A DNA stretch of 64,000 nt from Sideroxydans sp. (GCA_011620315.1 WOZO01000063.1:7968-71967); one strand, 5' to 3'. Positions 36,999 to 47,882 are shown, counted from the stretch's first letter. Translations and numbers: made by a program. The notes: generated from the sequence alone by a model not told the origin.

Positions 36999-38003
36999 CT
37001 AACCCGCCTTCGCGCGTGAAACCATATCCTTTACGGCGGCGGTCATATTCACAGGAACCAAGCTCGTATCTGGATGCGCCTTCTGGAACACGCGAAACAC
37101 TTCATCTGAGAATGCTTGGCCGATCTCCTCGACGCCGGCGAAATCCAGGATCACCGTCCTGAATTTTTCGAACCTGAAGATCAACCTTTTTGCCTGCGAC
37201 CTGGATACGAGTTTTTCACCCTCGTACTGGCCGAGTTTCACCGGCACGATGGTCTTGGCGAAGGTGTATTCCTCGGGAGCGGCGAATTTGTCGAAGATCT
37301 CTTTTGTCGTGCGTTCGCTGTCGTTTTGCAGCCGCATCACGACTAGCGTGCCGGGGGCGTTCTTTGGGCGTTCGATCAACAGGTCGTCGCGACCGTCGTC
37401 ATGCATGAAGTGCAGGCTGCCGGAGCGTATGTCGAAGAGGTCGAACACCTTGCTGGAGAAGAAGATGCCTTCGCCGGAATGTCTCTCGGGGTCGGTGGTG
37501 AACTTGCCCTTGGCTAACTCTAGGATGGCTTCACGCGGGTCGTATAGCTGGAGCGCTTTCTGGATCTTGTTGAAGATGCCTTCCCCGTCGTCTGACACCC
37601 AGACTTGGGTGTAAAGCGCGTTGCGCGCGCACCATGTCTTGATCTTGTCGGAACCGGAGTGGTCGATGGCATTGTTCACCATTTCCGTGAATCCATAGCG
37701 CCAGATGTCCCGAACGTTCTCAGGCAGATCACGTACGATTGGCGCCAGCAGTGACTGCCATACACGATCTTCAGAAAGGCCTGCGCGGTCATATTCTTCG
37801 CTGACCCGGCTGGTCTCGACCAGTGTGTATTCCACCCCACGGCCTACACCTGTTTTGGCGATGAGGCCTTTTGCCACGGCGGCACGCAGCTTGGCACTGG
37901 CTGCCTGCCTTGAGAAATCTTGTGCCGCAGCCAGCCTGACCGCGACGTTCTTCCCATCGTCGGAAACCAGCTTCAGCAATGTACGCATAGGATCGTCGAT
38001 CAT
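36999..38003 (-). CDS. wHTH - HATPase_c - STAS-like (DUF4325) protein
   Basis: FTEMVNNAIDHS, VSDDGEGIF, SGEGIFFSSK, LVSRSQAKRL...VILDFAGVEEIGQAFSDEVF. Confidence 0.85.
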   Translation of the reverse strand: MIDDPMRTLLKLVSDDGKNVAVRLAAAQDFSRQAASAKLRAAVAKGLIAKTGVGRGVEYTLVETSRVSEEYDRAGLSEDRVWQSLLAPIVRDLPENVRDIWRYGFTEMVNNAIDHSGSDKIKTWCARNALYTQVWVSDDGEGIFNKIQKALQLYDPREAILELAKGKFTTDPERHSGEGIFFSSKVFDLFDIRSGSLHFMHDDGRDDLLIERPKNAPGTLVVMRLQNDSERTTKEIFDKFAAPEEYTFAKTIVPVKLGQYEGEKLVSRSQAKRLIFRFEKFRTVILDFAGVEEIGQAFSDEVFRVFQKAHPDTSLVPVNMTAAVKDMVSRAKAG

Positions 38004-38119
38004 GGCACCTCAATAAACGTAAAGTTAATTGGCATTAATTGTAAAGTATTTGAAATTTAATTGTAAGGGTTGGCTTAGCTAAACGTAACCCTGCATCCGA
38101 CCTCGGCAGCGAATGGCGC

Positions 38120-38167
38120 TTGACGCCAGAACGAACGTTCTTTACAGTGCGAAGAACGTTCGTTCTG
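38120..38167 (+). promoter_or_regulatory. sigma70 promoter with two LexA boxes (GAAC-N4-GTTC)
   Basis: TTGACG-N17-TACAGT; perfect 16-bp inverted arms CAGAACGAACGTTCTT / AAGAACGTTCGTTCTG flank the -10. Confidence 0.85.
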
Positions 38168-38179
38168 TAAGAGGTCGCC

Positions 38180-38659
38180 ATGAATCACTTGAATACCCAT
38201 ACCTCGTTGCGCGGCGCGCACATGCCACACACAGCCTTGCTGTCGATGACGCGCCCCAACCGCACCATGTTCGAAAAGCAACGCGCCTTGCTGCGCAAAG
38301 CCGTTCCGGCCGGCTTCCCTTCGCCCGCTGACGACTATGTGGAGCGCCGCCTGAGCCTGGACGAGCACTTGGTTCAGCACAAGGAATCCACCTTCTTCAT
38401 GCGTGTGGCCGGCCACTCTATGCGCGAGCTGGGCATCTATGACGGCGATCTGCTGATCATCGACCGCGCGCTGCCCGCCACGCAAGACTGCGTGGTAGTC
38501 GCGGTGATCGACGGCGAGTTCACCGTGAAGCAACTGCACTACACACCACAAGGCAAAGTGCTACGCGCCGCCCACCCGGACTATCCGGATGTCGTCATTA
38601 CTGATGATCAGGATTTCTCCATTTGGGGAGTTGTGCAGTGGAATGTGCATAAGGTTTAA
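38180..38659 (+). CDS. umuD: UmuD-like S24 peptidase
   Basis: PAGFPSPADDY, RVAGHSM, GEFTVK. Confidence 0.9.
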   Translation: MNHLNTHTSLRGAHMPHTALLSMTRPNRTMFEKQRALLRKAVPAGFPSPADDYVERRLSLDEHLVQHKESTFFMRVAGHSMRELGIYDGDLLIIDRALPATQDCVVVAVIDGEFTVKQLHYTPQGKVLRAAHPDYPDVVITDDQDFSIWGVVQWNVHKV

Positions 38660-38698
38660 ATATCCATACTCCGTCTCAATAACGAGCGGCAGCTAATG

Positions 38699-38893
38699 TG
38701 TAGGATGGGTGGAGCGATAGCGATACCCATCATTTTTCGACATTAGCGATGGGTATCGCTGCGCTCCACCCATCCTACGATTTTGGTCCGGCTTGTCCGG
38801 CTAGAGCATCGCCGTTATTCGGTTCTGTCGTTCCCGCGCAGGCGGGAACCCAGTTGAATAAAGGCACTGGATCCCCGCCTGCGCGGGGATGAC
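38699..38893. repeat. Two REP doublets between umuD and umuC
   Basis: gtaggatgggtggagcg ... cgctccaccatcctac; gttcccgcgcaggcgggaacccag ... ctggatccccgcctgcgcggggatgac. Confidence 0.85.
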
Positions 38894-38934
38894 GAATAAA
38901 TCAGCGCTTACTTGAATCTTCAGAGGTCCCAAAA

Positions 38935-40212
38935 ATGAAGCGCGCCATCGCACTGGTCGACTGCAATAACTTCTACGTCTCATGCGAGCGCGTGTTCCAG
39001 CCCAAACTGGAAGGCAAACCGGTGGTGGTGCTTTCCAACAATGATGGCTGCATAGTTTCGCGTTCGCAGGAGGTAAAAGACTTGGGCGTGAAGATGGCTG
39101 CGCCTTGGTATCAGATGAAAGCCCTCGCCAAGCGGCACGGCATCGTGGCCTTCTCTTCCAACTACGCCTTGTATGCCGACATCTCCAACCGCGTGATGTC
39201 GCTGCTGTCGCAGTTCAGCCCGCAGCAGGAGGTGTATTCCATCGATGAATCTTTCCTGGAGCTGACCGGCATGCCCGGCAGTCATGCCGAGTACGGGCAG
39301 CTCATGCGCCACACCGTCCGCCAGTGCGTGGGCATCCCGGTGTGCGTGGGTATCGCGCCGAGCAAGACGCTGGCCAAACTCGCCAACCATGTCGCCAAGA
39401 AGCAGCCGCAGCGCAACAGCGTGTGCGACTTCAACAGCATGGATGAATATGAACTGGATGCGCTGCTCGCCAGCATCGAGGTGGGCGAGGTGTGGGGCGT
39501 GGGTCGGCGCACCGCGCCGAAGTTGCAGGAAATCGGCATCCGCAGCGTGCTCGATCTGAAACGCGCGCCGGCCAAACAATTGCGCACCCGCTTCAGCGTG
39601 GTGTTCGAACGCATCGTGTCCGAGCTGAACGGCGTCGCCTGTCTGGAACTGGACGACCTGCCGCATGACAAGCAGCAGATCATCTGCTCGCGCTCGTTCG
39701 GCATGCTCACTTCCAGCCTCGATGATTTGGAACAAGCGGCCATCGCCTACACCACGCGCGCCGTGGAGAAACTGCGCCAGCAAAAGTCCATCGCCGGCGC
39801 GCTGCATATCTACGTGCGCACCAACCCGCACCGCGAGCAGGACAGGCAATACCAGCAAGGCATACTCGTTCCGCTGGATGAACTAGGAGACGACACGCGC
39901 GTTTTTTGCAAAGCGGCGCTGCACGGCCTGCGCCAGATCTACCGCAGCGGCTACGCCTACCAGAAGGTCGGCGTGATGCTGGCCGAGATCATCCCCGCCA
40001 GCGAACGCCCGCAGACCTTGTTCGACGACCATGCGGCACGCGAACGATCAAAGTCACTGATGAACACCATCGACCGCATCAACCGCAGGATGGGCAGCGG
40101 CACGCTCAGATTGCTGGGAGAAGGTGCGAACCAGAGTTGGGCGATGCGCCGGGAGAGCAGTTCGCGGCGCTATACGACGGAGTGGGAGGATTTATTCATA
40201 TGCCCAAGTTGA
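38935..40212 (+). CDS. umuC: Y-family DNA polymerase V subunit
   Basis: ALVDCNNFYVSCERVF, VLSNNDGC, VYSIDESF, SKTLAKLAN, W.MRRE..S.RYTT.W. Confidence 0.93.
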   Translation: MKRAIALVDCNNFYVSCERVFQPKLEGKPVVVLSNNDGCIVSRSQEVKDLGVKMAAPWYQMKALAKRHGIVAFSSNYALYADISNRVMSLLSQFSPQQEVYSIDESFLELTGMPGSHAEYGQLMRHTVRQCVGIPVCVGIAPSKTLAKLANHVAKKQPQRNSVCDFNSMDEYELDALLASIEVGEVWGVGRRTAPKLQEIGIRSVLDLKRAPAKQLRTRFSVVFERIVSELNGVACLELDDLPHDKQQIICSRSFGMLTSSLDDLEQAAIAYTTRAVEKLRQQKSIAGALHIYVRTNPHREQDRQYQQGILVPLDELGDDTRVFCKAALHGLRQIYRSGYAYQKVGVMLAEIIPASERPQTLFDDHAARERSKSLMNTIDRINRRMGSGTLRLLGEGANQSWAMRRESSSRRYTTEWEDLFICPS

Positions 40213-40288
40213 TCCATTCCTTGATCCGCTTAATTGGTTACAGGTCAACGCCACTTGTCGACTATAACGACTTACGTTATGCTTTGCC

Positions 40289-40570
40289 ATGATCATCGGA
40301 TTTGCATCCAAGGAGACCGAAAAAATCTGGCATGCTGAAGTATCACGCAAACTTCCTCGTGATATTCAGCAAGTGGCTTTGCGTAAACTATTCATGCTGG
40401 ACAAAGCCCAGGTACTCAAAGACCTGAAGATTCCCCCCGCAAATCGGCTCGAAGCCCTTAAGGATGATCGCAAAGGACAGTACAGCATTCGCATCAACGA
40501 TCAGTGGCGTATCTGCTTCATATGGACCAAGAACGGCCCCGATGCGGCCGAGATCGTTGACTACCATTAA
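40289..40570 (+). CDS. higB: HigB/RelE-type toxin
   Basis: [41 protein letters not shown]. Confidence 0.92.
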   Translation: MIIGFASKETEKIWHAEVSRKLPRDIQQVALRKLFMLDKAQVLKDLKIPPANRLEALKDDRKGQYSIRINDQWRICFIWTKNGPDAAEIVDYH

Positions 40571-40580
40571 GGAGGATGAT

Positions 40581-40871
40581 ATGGGCAAGCTTCAAAACAT
40601 ACACCCCGGAGAGATTCTCCTCGAAGAGTTTCTGATACCGATGGGCATCAGCCAGACACGGCTGGCAAACTCCATCAACGTACCGCCGCGCCGCATCAAC
40701 GAGATCGTATTGGGCAAGCGCGGCATCACAGCAGATACTGCCCTTCGCCTTTCCAAGGTATTCGGCACCTCCGTGCAATTCTGGATGGGCCTGCAGGACG
40801 AATATGAGTTGCGCGAGGCAAGCGCCACGATTCAGGATCAACTCGATCAGATGCTGCTGCTTGCAGCATAA
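40581..40871 (+). CDS. higA: HigA antitoxin
   Basis: IHPGEILLEEFL.PMGISQ..LA...RINEIV.GKRGITADTALRL...FGTS..FWMGLQ. Confidence 0.93.
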   Translation: MGKLQNIHPGEILLEEFLIPMGISQTRLANSINVPPRRINEIVLGKRGITADTALRLSKVFGTSVQFWMGLQDEYELREASATIQDQLDQMLLLAA

Positions 40872-40940
40872 CTTCTCTATCCGTCTGCAAGCGCATCCAG
40901 CCTTTAGCCACCCATCTCGAGACGGATGGGCACGCTGTGA

Positions 40941-41786
40941 TTACTTTGCGAGCAGGGCCTTCATCCATCGCTGCTGCACCGCACGCTTGCGCTTCTTCTC
41001 CAGCACTTTTCGGATGGATGAATTCGCCTGCGCAAAGTCCAGCACTCTGGCCGGAGTGATCGTGTCGCAGCGCAACACGTGGAAGCCGAGTTCTGTTTCG
41101 ATCACGCCGCTCACCTCGCCAACTTGCAGCGCGAACAAAGCCTGCTCCAATTCCGGAAACAGTTTGCCGCGCGGCAGATCGCCGAGCTTGCCGCCTTCCA
41201 GCGCGGTGGGACATTCGGAATGCTTGAGTGCCTGTTCTTCGAAACGACCCGGTTCTTTGCCAAATCGTTTGGCGATCTCGGTGATGCGTTTGAGCGCCGT
41301 CTCGCGCGTGTTCTCGGGGATGGCCTCGTTGATGGTGACCAGGATGTGGCGCGCGAGGCGCGTCTCCTGACGGCGAAACTGGTCGGGGTGATACTGGTAA
41401 TACAATTCCACGTCAGTGTCGGTGACGTGCTCGGCATGCGTGCCGACCTTTTCCAGGATGGCTTCCACCCTGAGTTCGCGCTCCAGTGCATCGGCGAATT
41501 CGGATTCGTTCAGTCCGTTGTTGGTCAGATCGTCGGCGAAATCGTCCGCGTTCTCATAGCGGCCACGGATCCCCTGCAAGGCAGACTTCAATGTCGCCGA
41601 CGGCACCATCGCGTCGCGTGCTTCGGGTGCGGCTAGGATGCGCGTTTCGAGTTCGAATTGTTTCTGCGCCATGTTCTGCACGCGCTCGGTCTCGTCCGCC
41701 GCCAGTGCGGCGGGCGCTTTGCCGTACAGTTTCTGCGCGGCTTTCAGCGCTAGATAGGCGACGCCGCTTTCGATCACTTCAGGCAT
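40941..41786 (-). CDS. nifM: NifM peptidyl-prolyl isomerase
   Basis: ARHILVTIN, ALKHSECPTALEGG.LG, ETELGFHVLRC. Confidence 0.9.
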   Translation of the reverse strand: MPEVIESGVAYLALKAAQKLYGKAPAALAADETERVQNMAQKQFELETRILAAPEARDAMVPSATLKSALQGIRGRYENADDFADDLTNNGLNESEFADALERELRVEAILEKVGTHAEHVTDTDVELYYQYHPDQFRRQETRLARHILVTINEAIPENTRETALKRITEIAKRFGKEPGRFEEQALKHSECPTALEGGKLGDLPRGKLFPELEQALFALQVGEVSGVIETELGFHVLRCDTITPARVLDFAQANSSIRKVLEKKRKRAVQQRWMKALLAK

Positions 41787-42249
41787 GGTTCGCCTCCCTG
41801 CTGTCGTCGTACACATGCACCGCCTCGATCATCGCTTCCGGCACTTGCAATACATGGTCGTGGAAGATGACCTGATACTGCACACCGCCGTCCTCGTCAC
41901 GCAAAACTTTCAACACTTCGCCTTCCATTCCCGGTGTGGCGCGCACTTCGCCGCGCACGGCCAGCGTGATCTTGCTGCGCACTTTCTCGCGGCTCTCGTA
42001 TTTGCTGGGCACCCATGGTTCGTCGATGCCGATCAACTCCTCTTCGCGGAAGCCGACGATCTTGTCCTGTTCCAGGAAGTTCACGGTGTAGATCAACTGG
42101 TCCAGCAGGAAAGTGCCGACGTTCATCACGAATCCGGTCGAGCCGCGACGGATCAGCAGCGTGCCGATATCCACGCCGGGGTAAGTGCCGTCGTTGCGCA
42201 CATTGCGCACGATGCGGACTTCATCGCCGAATTCGAATTTAGGCAGCAT
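41779..42249 (-). CDS. nifZ: NifZ
   Basis: PKFEFGDEVR..RNVRNDGTYPG...GTFLLDQLIY.V.F. Confidence 0.93.
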   Translation of the reverse strand: MLPKFEFGDEVRIVRNVRNDGTYPGVDIGTLLIRRGSTGFVMNVGTFLLDQLIYTVNFLEQDKIVGFREEELIGIDEPWVPSKYESREKVRSKITLAVRGEVRATPGMEGEVLKVLRDEDGGVQYQVIFHDHVLQVPEAMIEAVHVYDDSREANHA

Positions 42250-42580
42250 CTTTCTTGTTCACTGTGATGGAAGTGAGCGATACGAACTTCGTCTGCGGTT
42301 CGTGCATATGGAAAACTTTGAACACCTTTTCGGTGAGCGCGTCGGATTCGACGAAATCCAGATAAGCCCTAGTCAACAGGCGGGTGTAGACCTCGCGTTG
42401 CGCGGCTTCGTCTTCCGGCAAGACTTCCTTGCTCAGGTAGTTGTGATAACGCTGCAGGATGTGCAGACGATTCACATGCACCACGGAGGGGTCAAAATCA
42501 ATTTCGAAGTAGCTCAGGAAATCCTCGGCGGATACCATATCCTCCATTGCTTCTTCCAGGGTCAGATCGTCAGTCATCAC
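42239..42580 (-). CDS. nifW: NifW
   Basis: SAEDFLSYFEIDFDP.VV.VNRLHILQRY..Y, AY.DFV.S.AL.EKVFKVF. Confidence 0.93.
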   Translation of the reverse strand: MMTDDLTLEEAMEDMVSAEDFLSYFEIDFDPSVVHVNRLHILQRYHNYLSKEVLPEDEAAQREVYTRLLTRAYLDFVESDALTEKVFKVFHMHEPQTKFVSLTSITVNKKDAA

Positions 42581-43086
42581 ATATTCCTTTCTTCATGTTC
42601 CACTTCAGTCATCACTTCCAGCAAAGCCTTGCCGCCGATGCGGTCGTGACTGTCCAGTTGCACCAGTTTCTCCAGCATCGCGCGGCCCGTCTGCAGATTG
42701 CCCAGCCGCAGATTGATATAACCCGCCGCCTTCAGCACCATCAGGTAGAAGCGCACCAGCCCCATCGAGCGCATCACACCCGCGCCGACATTCTCTTCAC
42801 GCAGATAGACCCAGGTGTCGGGAAACTCCAACCGCCGACCGACCACCGCCAGCGCGCTCTCGGCCACCAGCAGCGCATCGTCCAGCCGGTGCTGGTAGAA
42901 GTAGTAACGGTACAAGGCGACCAGCACCATCAGGTGTTGCGGGGCCATCAGGTTGGCGCGCAGCAGATAACCCTCGCTCTCCTCGCTGCCATAGGTGTCA
43001 GCTGCCTGCACCAGCAGACGCGCCACATCCTGCGCCAGCGGCTCGTCGAAATACAGTTCGGTCTGGTCGAAATCCAGCAGGTCCAT
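42577..43086 (-). CDS. TPR-like helical nif-associated protein
   Basis: Helical pattern LYFD...LYRYYFYQHRL.DAL...KAAGYINLRLG; coupled between cysE and nifW. Confidence 0.75.
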   Translation of the reverse strand: MDLLDFDQTELYFDEPLAQDVARLLVQAADTYGSEESEGYLLRANLMAPQHLMVLVALYRYYFYQHRLDDALLVAESALAVVGRRLEFPDTWVYLREENVGAGVMRSMGLVRFYLMVLKAAGYINLRLGNLQTGRAMLEKLVQLDSHDRIGGKALLEVMTEVEHEERNM

Positions 43087-43087
43087 A

Positions 43088-43912
43088 TCAACTCCTTGAG
43101 GATTCTGGATTCAGGATTCTGGATTCAGCCAACCGCGTCCCCCCTGACTCCTGCATCCTGAATCCAGAATCCTGAACACACAGATCATCCGCTTCGCAGG
43201 TATGGCATTGCCCGTCCACCGGCTCGCCCTGTTTGCGCAACTGCCCTTCCAGCACTTCGATGCGTTCCATCAGACAGGCGATGGCGCGGCCGACCGGATC
43301 GGGGATAAGGTGGTGGTCGAGATTGATGCCGTAGATGTTGTTCGCATCCGCTTCTTCGGTGCGCAGCACGATGCGACCGGGGATGCCGACCACGGTACGG
43401 TGCGCGGGCACGTCTTTCACCACCACCGAGTTGGCACCCACGCGCACGTTCTCGCCCAGTTTGATCGCACCCAGTATCTTTGCGCCCGCACCGATCACCA
43501 CGCCGTCGGCCAGTGTCGGATGGCGCTTGCCCTTGTTCCAAGTCGTGCCGCCCAGCGTCACGCCGTGATACAGCGTCACGTCGTTGCCGATCTCGGCCGT
43601 CTCGCCGATCACCACACCCGCACCGTGATCGATGAAGAAGCGGCGACCGATGGTGGCTCCTGGATGGATGTCGATATTGGTGAGCAGACGCGCGAACCAG
43701 CCGAGCAGACGCGCCAGATAGCGCAGCTTCATGGCCCACAGTTTGTGCGCGATACGCTGCAGCAGGATGGCGTGCACTCCGGGATAGGTGGTCAGCACTT
43801 CGAAGCGCGAACGCGCGGCGGGGTCGCGCTGGAACACGCAGCGCACATCCTCGCGCAGCAGTTGCAACAGCGATGGCTGCTCTGGATTTTCGATCTCGAC
43901 ACGAGTGCTCAT
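43088..43912 (-). CDS. cysE: Serine O-acetyltransferase (nifP-type)
   Basis: RDPAAR...[38 protein letters not shown]; C-terminal tail is repeat-derived. Confidence 0.93.
   Translation of the reverse strand: MSTRVEIENPEQPSLLQLLREDVRCVFQRDPAARSRFEVLTTYPGVHAILLQRIAHKLWAMKLRYLARLLGWFARLLTNIDIHPGATIGRRFFIDHGAGVVIGETAEIGNDVTLYHGVTLGGTTWNKGKRHPTLADGVVIGAGAKILGAIKLGENVRVGANSVVVKDVPAHRTVVGIPGRIVLRTEEADANNIYGINLDHHLIPDPVGRAIACLMERIEVLEGQLRKQGEPVDGQCHTCEADDLCVQDSGFRMQESGGTRLAESRILNPESSRS
43099..43175. repeat. Inverted heptamer-array element, copy 2 (inside cysE 3' end)
   Basis: ggattctggattcaggattctggattcag ... ctgaatccagaatcctgaa. Confidence 0.75.
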
Positions 43913-43933
43913 CACGTCTTCCATGTCGTTCTT

Positions 43934-45097
43934 CTAGTGCGCCAGCACGCCGGGCTCGCTACGCCCGCCGTGATGCTGGCCGATGAACTTCCGGTAGATG
44001 AACAACAACTCCTGATCGGCAGGCGAGCGTTTGGCACGCTCGGCGAAACTGCGGATATCCGGCAGCAGTGCGCGCGCCTCGGCCTGGCTCAGGTTCAATC
44101 CCATGCTGGCGTAGGCGGCGATGATGCCGTGCGCGCCGGAATGCTTGCCCACCACCAGTTTGTGTGACCGACCGACTTCGACCGGGTCGTAACCTTGATA
44201 GGTGTCCGGATCCTTTAGCAGGCCGTCCACATGGATACCGGCCTCGTGCGTGAACACCCCCTCGCCGGTGACACTCTTCTGCCAGGGGATGGGGCGGCCC
44301 GATGCCGCAGCAACGATTTGCGACAGCACGGGAAAATGCGTGAGATCGATACCGGTGTCCATCGCGTAGAGCTTCTTCAGGCCCAGCGCGACTTCTTCCA
44401 GCGGCGCGTTGCCCGCACGTTCGCCCAGTCCGTTCACCGTGGTGTTGATGTGCGTGGCACCGGCCAGCGCGGCGGCCAGACTGTTGGCGGTGGCCAGCCC
44501 CAGATCGTCATGCGCATGCATCTCGATCTCGATGTCGCACACACTGCGTATCGCCGCGATCACCTTGTGCACGCCGAACGGCTCCATCACCCCAAGCGTG
44601 TCGGCGAAGCGCAGACGCTGCGCACCGGCGGCCTGCGCCGCCTCGGCCACCTGCAGCATGAATTCCGGATCGGCACGCGAGGCATCCTCGCAGCCGACGA
44701 TGATCTCCATCCCCGTGTGGTACGCGCGCGGCACCACTTCATAGATGGTGTCGATCACCCACTGGCGATCCCGCTTGAATTTTTTTTTCAGGTGGATGTC
44801 CGACACCGGGATGGACAGGTCGAGCATCTGCACATCGACCTGTTCGCAGATGTTCACATCCTCCATGCACATGCGGTTCCATGCGATCAGCTTCGCCTTG
44901 AGCCCCAACGATGCGACGGCATTGATACTGTCACGCTCCACCTCGCCCATCGCCGGGATGCCGACTTCCAGCTCCGGCACGCCCAGCGCATCGAGCTGGC
45001 GCGCGATGTCCAGCTTTTCCTCCAGCGTGAACGCCACCCCGGCGGTCTGTTCGCCGTCGCGCAGGGTGGTGTCGTCGATGGTGATGGTGCGGGACAT
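43934..45097 (-). CDS. nifV: Homocitrate synthase
   Basis: [53 protein letters not shown]. Confidence 0.95.
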   Translation of the reverse strand: MSRTITIDDTTLRDGEQTAGVAFTLEEKLDIARQLDALGVPELEVGIPAMGEVERDSINAVASLGLKAKLIAWNRMCMEDVNICEQVDVQMLDLSIPVSDIHLKKKFKRDRQWVIDTIYEVVPRAYHTGMEIIVGCEDASRADPEFMLQVAEAAQAAGAQRLRFADTLGVMEPFGVHKVIAAIRSVCDIEIEMHAHDDLGLATANSLAAALAGATHINTTVNGLGERAGNAPLEEVALGLKKLYAMDTGIDLTHFPVLSQIVAAASGRPIPWQKSVTGEGVFTHEAGIHVDGLLKDPDTYQGYDPVEVGRSHKLVVGKHSGAHGIIAAYASMGLNLSQAEARALLPDIRSFAERAKRSPADQELLFIYRKFIGQHHGGRSEPGVLAH

Positions 45098-45107
45098 GAT
45101 GTATGCC

Positions 45108-46322
45108 TTATGCGTACGTCGGCGCGAACGCTTTTTCCGGTTCGACAGCGGGGCCGTCGCCATCCCAGTACGGCGACAGCTTGCGCAGTTGCGCGATGAT
45201 CTCCGGCACCACGGCGATGACGCGATCCACTTCGGCTTCGGTGCTGTAACGCGACAGCGAGAAACGCACCGTGCCGTGTGCGGCGGTGTAGGGGATGCCC
45301 ATGGCGCGCATCACGTGCGACGGCTCCAGCGAACCAGAGGTGCAGGCGGAGCCGCTCGATGCGGCGATGCCGAACTTGTTCAGCAGCAACAGAATCGCCT
45401 CGCCCTCGATGAACTCGAACGCGATGTTGCTGGTGTTGGGCAAACGGTTGCCCGGATCACCGGTGACAAAAGAGCGCGGCACCTTGGCCAGTATCCCGGC
45501 TTCCAGCTTGTCGCGCAGGCGCGCGACTTCGGTGTTCTCGAAGGCCATCGCCTCCATCGCCATCTCGGCGGCTTTGCCCAGACCTACGATAGACGTGGTG
45601 TTCTCGGTGCCGGCGCGGCGGCCGCGCTCCTGGTGCCCGCCGCGCAGCAGCGGACGGAAGCGCACGCCGCGCTTCAGGTACAGCACGCCCACGCCCTTGG
45701 GCGCATGCAGCTTGTGGCCGGATACCGACAGCATGTCTATCTTGGTGTCCTTTAAATTCAGAATTACCTTGCCCGCGGCCTGCACCGCGTCGGTGTGGAA
45801 CATCGCGCCGGCGGCGTTGGCCAGTTCGGCCATCTCCACGACCGGGAAAAATGTTCCGGTCTCGTTGTTCGCCCACATCACCGACACGACAGCAGTCTGG
45901 TCGCTGAGCAGATTTTTGTATTCGCCCAGGTCGATGCGGCCTTTGCCGTCGACCTTGAGGTAATGCACCTTGTAGCCGTCTTTTTCCAGCCAGGCGCACA
46001 GTGTCAGCACGGCCGGGTGCTCGACGGTGGTGGTGATGATCTCTTTGCGTTCCGGCTGTGCTTTCAGTGCGGACAGGATGGCAGTGGAATCCGACTCGGT
46101 ACCGCAGGAGGTGAAGATGATCTCGGAGTCGTGCTCCGCGCCGAGCAACTCCTGCACCTGCATGCGCGCCTTCTTGATGGCGAGGCCAACCTTGTTGCCG
46201 AAGCTGTGCATCGACGACGGATTGCCGAACTGTTCGGTGAAGTAAGGCAACATCGCCTCAACCACCTGCTCGTCCACACGGGTGGTGGCATTGTTGTCGA
46301 AATAGATGCCTTCCATGTTCAT
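45108..46322 (-). CDS. nifS: Cysteine desulfurase
   Basis: [34 protein letters not shown]. Confidence 0.96.
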   Translation of the reverse strand: MNMEGIYFDNNATTRVDEQVVEAMLPYFTEQFGNPSSMHSFGNKVGLAIKKARMQVQELLGAEHDSEIIFTSCGTESDSTAILSALKAQPERKEIITTTVEHPAVLTLCAWLEKDGYKVHYLKVDGKGRIDLGEYKNLLSDQTAVVSVMWANNETGTFFPVVEMAELANAAGAMFHTDAVQAAGKVILNLKDTKIDMLSVSGHKLHAPKGVGVLYLKRGVRFRPLLRGGHQERGRRAGTENTTSIVGLGKAAEMAMEAMAFENTEVARLRDKLEAGILAKVPRSFVTGDPGNRLPNTSNIAFEFIEGEAILLLLNKFGIAASSGSACTSGSLEPSHVMRAMGIPYTAAHGTVRFSLSRYSTEAEVDRVIAVVPEIIAQLRKLSPYWDGDGPAVEPEKAFAPTYA

Positions 46323-46326
46323 CTCC

Positions 46327-47217
46327 TTATGGGTTGCATGAGGCGCGGCTCAATGCCCCTGCCTTGGTCGGCACGATCTTGATGAACTCCTTCAGCTCTT
46401 CCATCAGCTTCTGCTGGATGCCTTGCAGCGTGAGCGCCTCCATCTGGCAACCGGCGCAGGCACCGGTCATGCTGACGTAGATGGTCTTGCCGTCCACATC
46501 CAGCAACTCGATGTTGCCGCCGTCGCGCAGCAGTTGCGGGCGCACCGATTCCAGCACCGCTTCGATCTTCTTGATGCGCTGCAGATTGGTCATGGCGGCC
46601 GGTGCCGCAGTTTCCGCAGAGGGCGTGCCGGGCTTGAAGCTGTCGCCGCGCTCGGCCATCACCTTCACCAAAATCTCTTCGATGCCTTCGTGGCAAGAGG
46701 AACAACCGCCGCCCGCCTTGGTGTAGTTGGTCACGTCCTGAACCGAGCTGAGGTTGTTCGCGCGTATGGTGTCTTCGATCAGCACCGCGTCGATGGCGAA
46801 ACACTTGCACACCAGCGCGCCTTCTTCGTGGTCGTCGCTCCACACTTCGCCGCGATAGTTGGCGACGGCGGCTTGCAGCGCCTCGCGGCCCATCACCGAG
46901 CAGTGCATCTTTTCCGGGGGCAGGCCGTCGAGATAGTCGGCGATGTCCTGGTTGCTGACCTTCAGCGCCTCGTCCAGCGTCTTGCCCTTGATCATCTCGG
47001 TCAGCGCGGAAGATGAGGCGATGGCCGAGCCGCAGCCGAAGGTCTGGAAATGCGCATCGAGGATGATGTCCGTCTCCGGTTCCACCTTGAGCATCAGGCG
47101 CAGCGCGTCGCCGCAGGAGATCGAACCGACGTCGCCCACCCCGTTCGCGCCTTCCAGCACACCGGCGTTGCGCGGTTGGAAGAAGTGTTCTTTGACTTTT
47201 TCAGAGTAGTCCCACAT
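46327..47217 (-). CDS. nifU: Fe-S scaffold NifU
   Basis: [54 protein letters not shown]. Confidence 0.96.
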   Translation of the reverse strand: MWDYSEKVKEHFFQPRNAGVLEGANGVGDVGSISCGDALRLMLKVEPETDIILDAHFQTFGCGSAIASSSALTEMIKGKTLDEALKVSNQDIADYLDGLPPEKMHCSVMGREALQAAVANYRGEVWSDDHEEGALVCKCFAIDAVLIEDTIRANNLSSVQDVTNYTKAGGGCSSCHEGIEEILVKVMAERGDSFKPGTPSAETAAPAAMTNLQRIKKIEAVLESVRPQLLRDGGNIELLDVDGKTIYVSMTGACAGCQMEALTLQGIQQKLMEELKEFIKIVPTKAGALSRASCNP

Positions 47218-47394
47218 GGCGTTGCTCCTAATATCCAAAATTTGTTTTATTCATACCGTACCCCTCGCCTTTCTGGAGAGGGGGAACGGGGGGTGAACAA
47301 GGGGTTTCGCGGAGCATGCTCCGCTCCTTGTGAACGGTTTCGGCTTTGCCGAAACGCGCCCTGCAAGGGAGGGAAACGATCATGTTCATGATCG

Positions 47395-47718
47395 TTATGC
47401 AGAGAATGAAGAACCGCACGCGCAGCTGGAACTGGCGTTCGGGTTTTCGAATTTGAATCCGCTGCCGGTGAGACTTTCCACGTAGTCCACGGTCACGCCT
47501 TCCAGCAGGGGAGCGGACAGGGGATCGACCAGCAGGGTGACGGCACCGAGCTCAACGACGATGTCGTCTTCGCTCTTGGCCTCTTCCAGCGACATGCCGT
47601 ACTGGAAGCCGGAGCAGCCGCCGCCGGAGATGGCGATGCGCAGGCCGGCGACCGGCTCGGCCGCGCCTTTGATGAAACGCACCACGGCTGTGGCGGCGGT
47701 TGGGGTGAGAGTGATCAT
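47395..47718 (-). CDS. iscA: A-type Fe-S carrier IscA-nif
   Basis: GGGCSGFQYGM, GFKFENPNASSSCACGSSF. Confidence 0.93.
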   Translation of the reverse strand: MITLTPTAATAVVRFIKGAAEPVAGLRIAISGGGCSGFQYGMSLEEAKSEDDIVVELGAVTLLVDPLSAPLLEGVTVDYVESLTGSGFKFENPNASSSCACGSSFSA

Positions 47719-47756
47719 TGTCTGGCTCCTTGATGGGTTAGGTACGACCTATCAAG

Positions 47757-47772
47757 TGCAAGCTGTGTGCCA
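47757..47772 (-). promoter_or_regulatory. sigma54 promoter of iscA-nifUSV operon
   Basis: Minus strand TGGCAC-ACAGC-TTGCA. Confidence 0.85.
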
Positions 47773-47866
47773 GCCCGTGCCAAAAACTCAATTCACTGTT
47801 TTATATGGAAGTTATTTTGCGGATACGCTCTACCCAGCTGTGTGCAACAAGACGGAGTGGAGGGCT

Positions 47867-47882
47867 TGTAGGTTTTGCGACA
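47867..47882. promoter_or_regulatory. NifA UAS
   Basis: TGT-AGGTTTTGCG-ACA. Confidence 0.75.

Noticed and set aside
36936-37001. Possible integron attC between the AT-rich lipoprotein and the DUF4325 gene
   Set aside because: A GTTAGG-like core exists, but there are no matching R''/L boxes, the genes are convergent and there is no intI.
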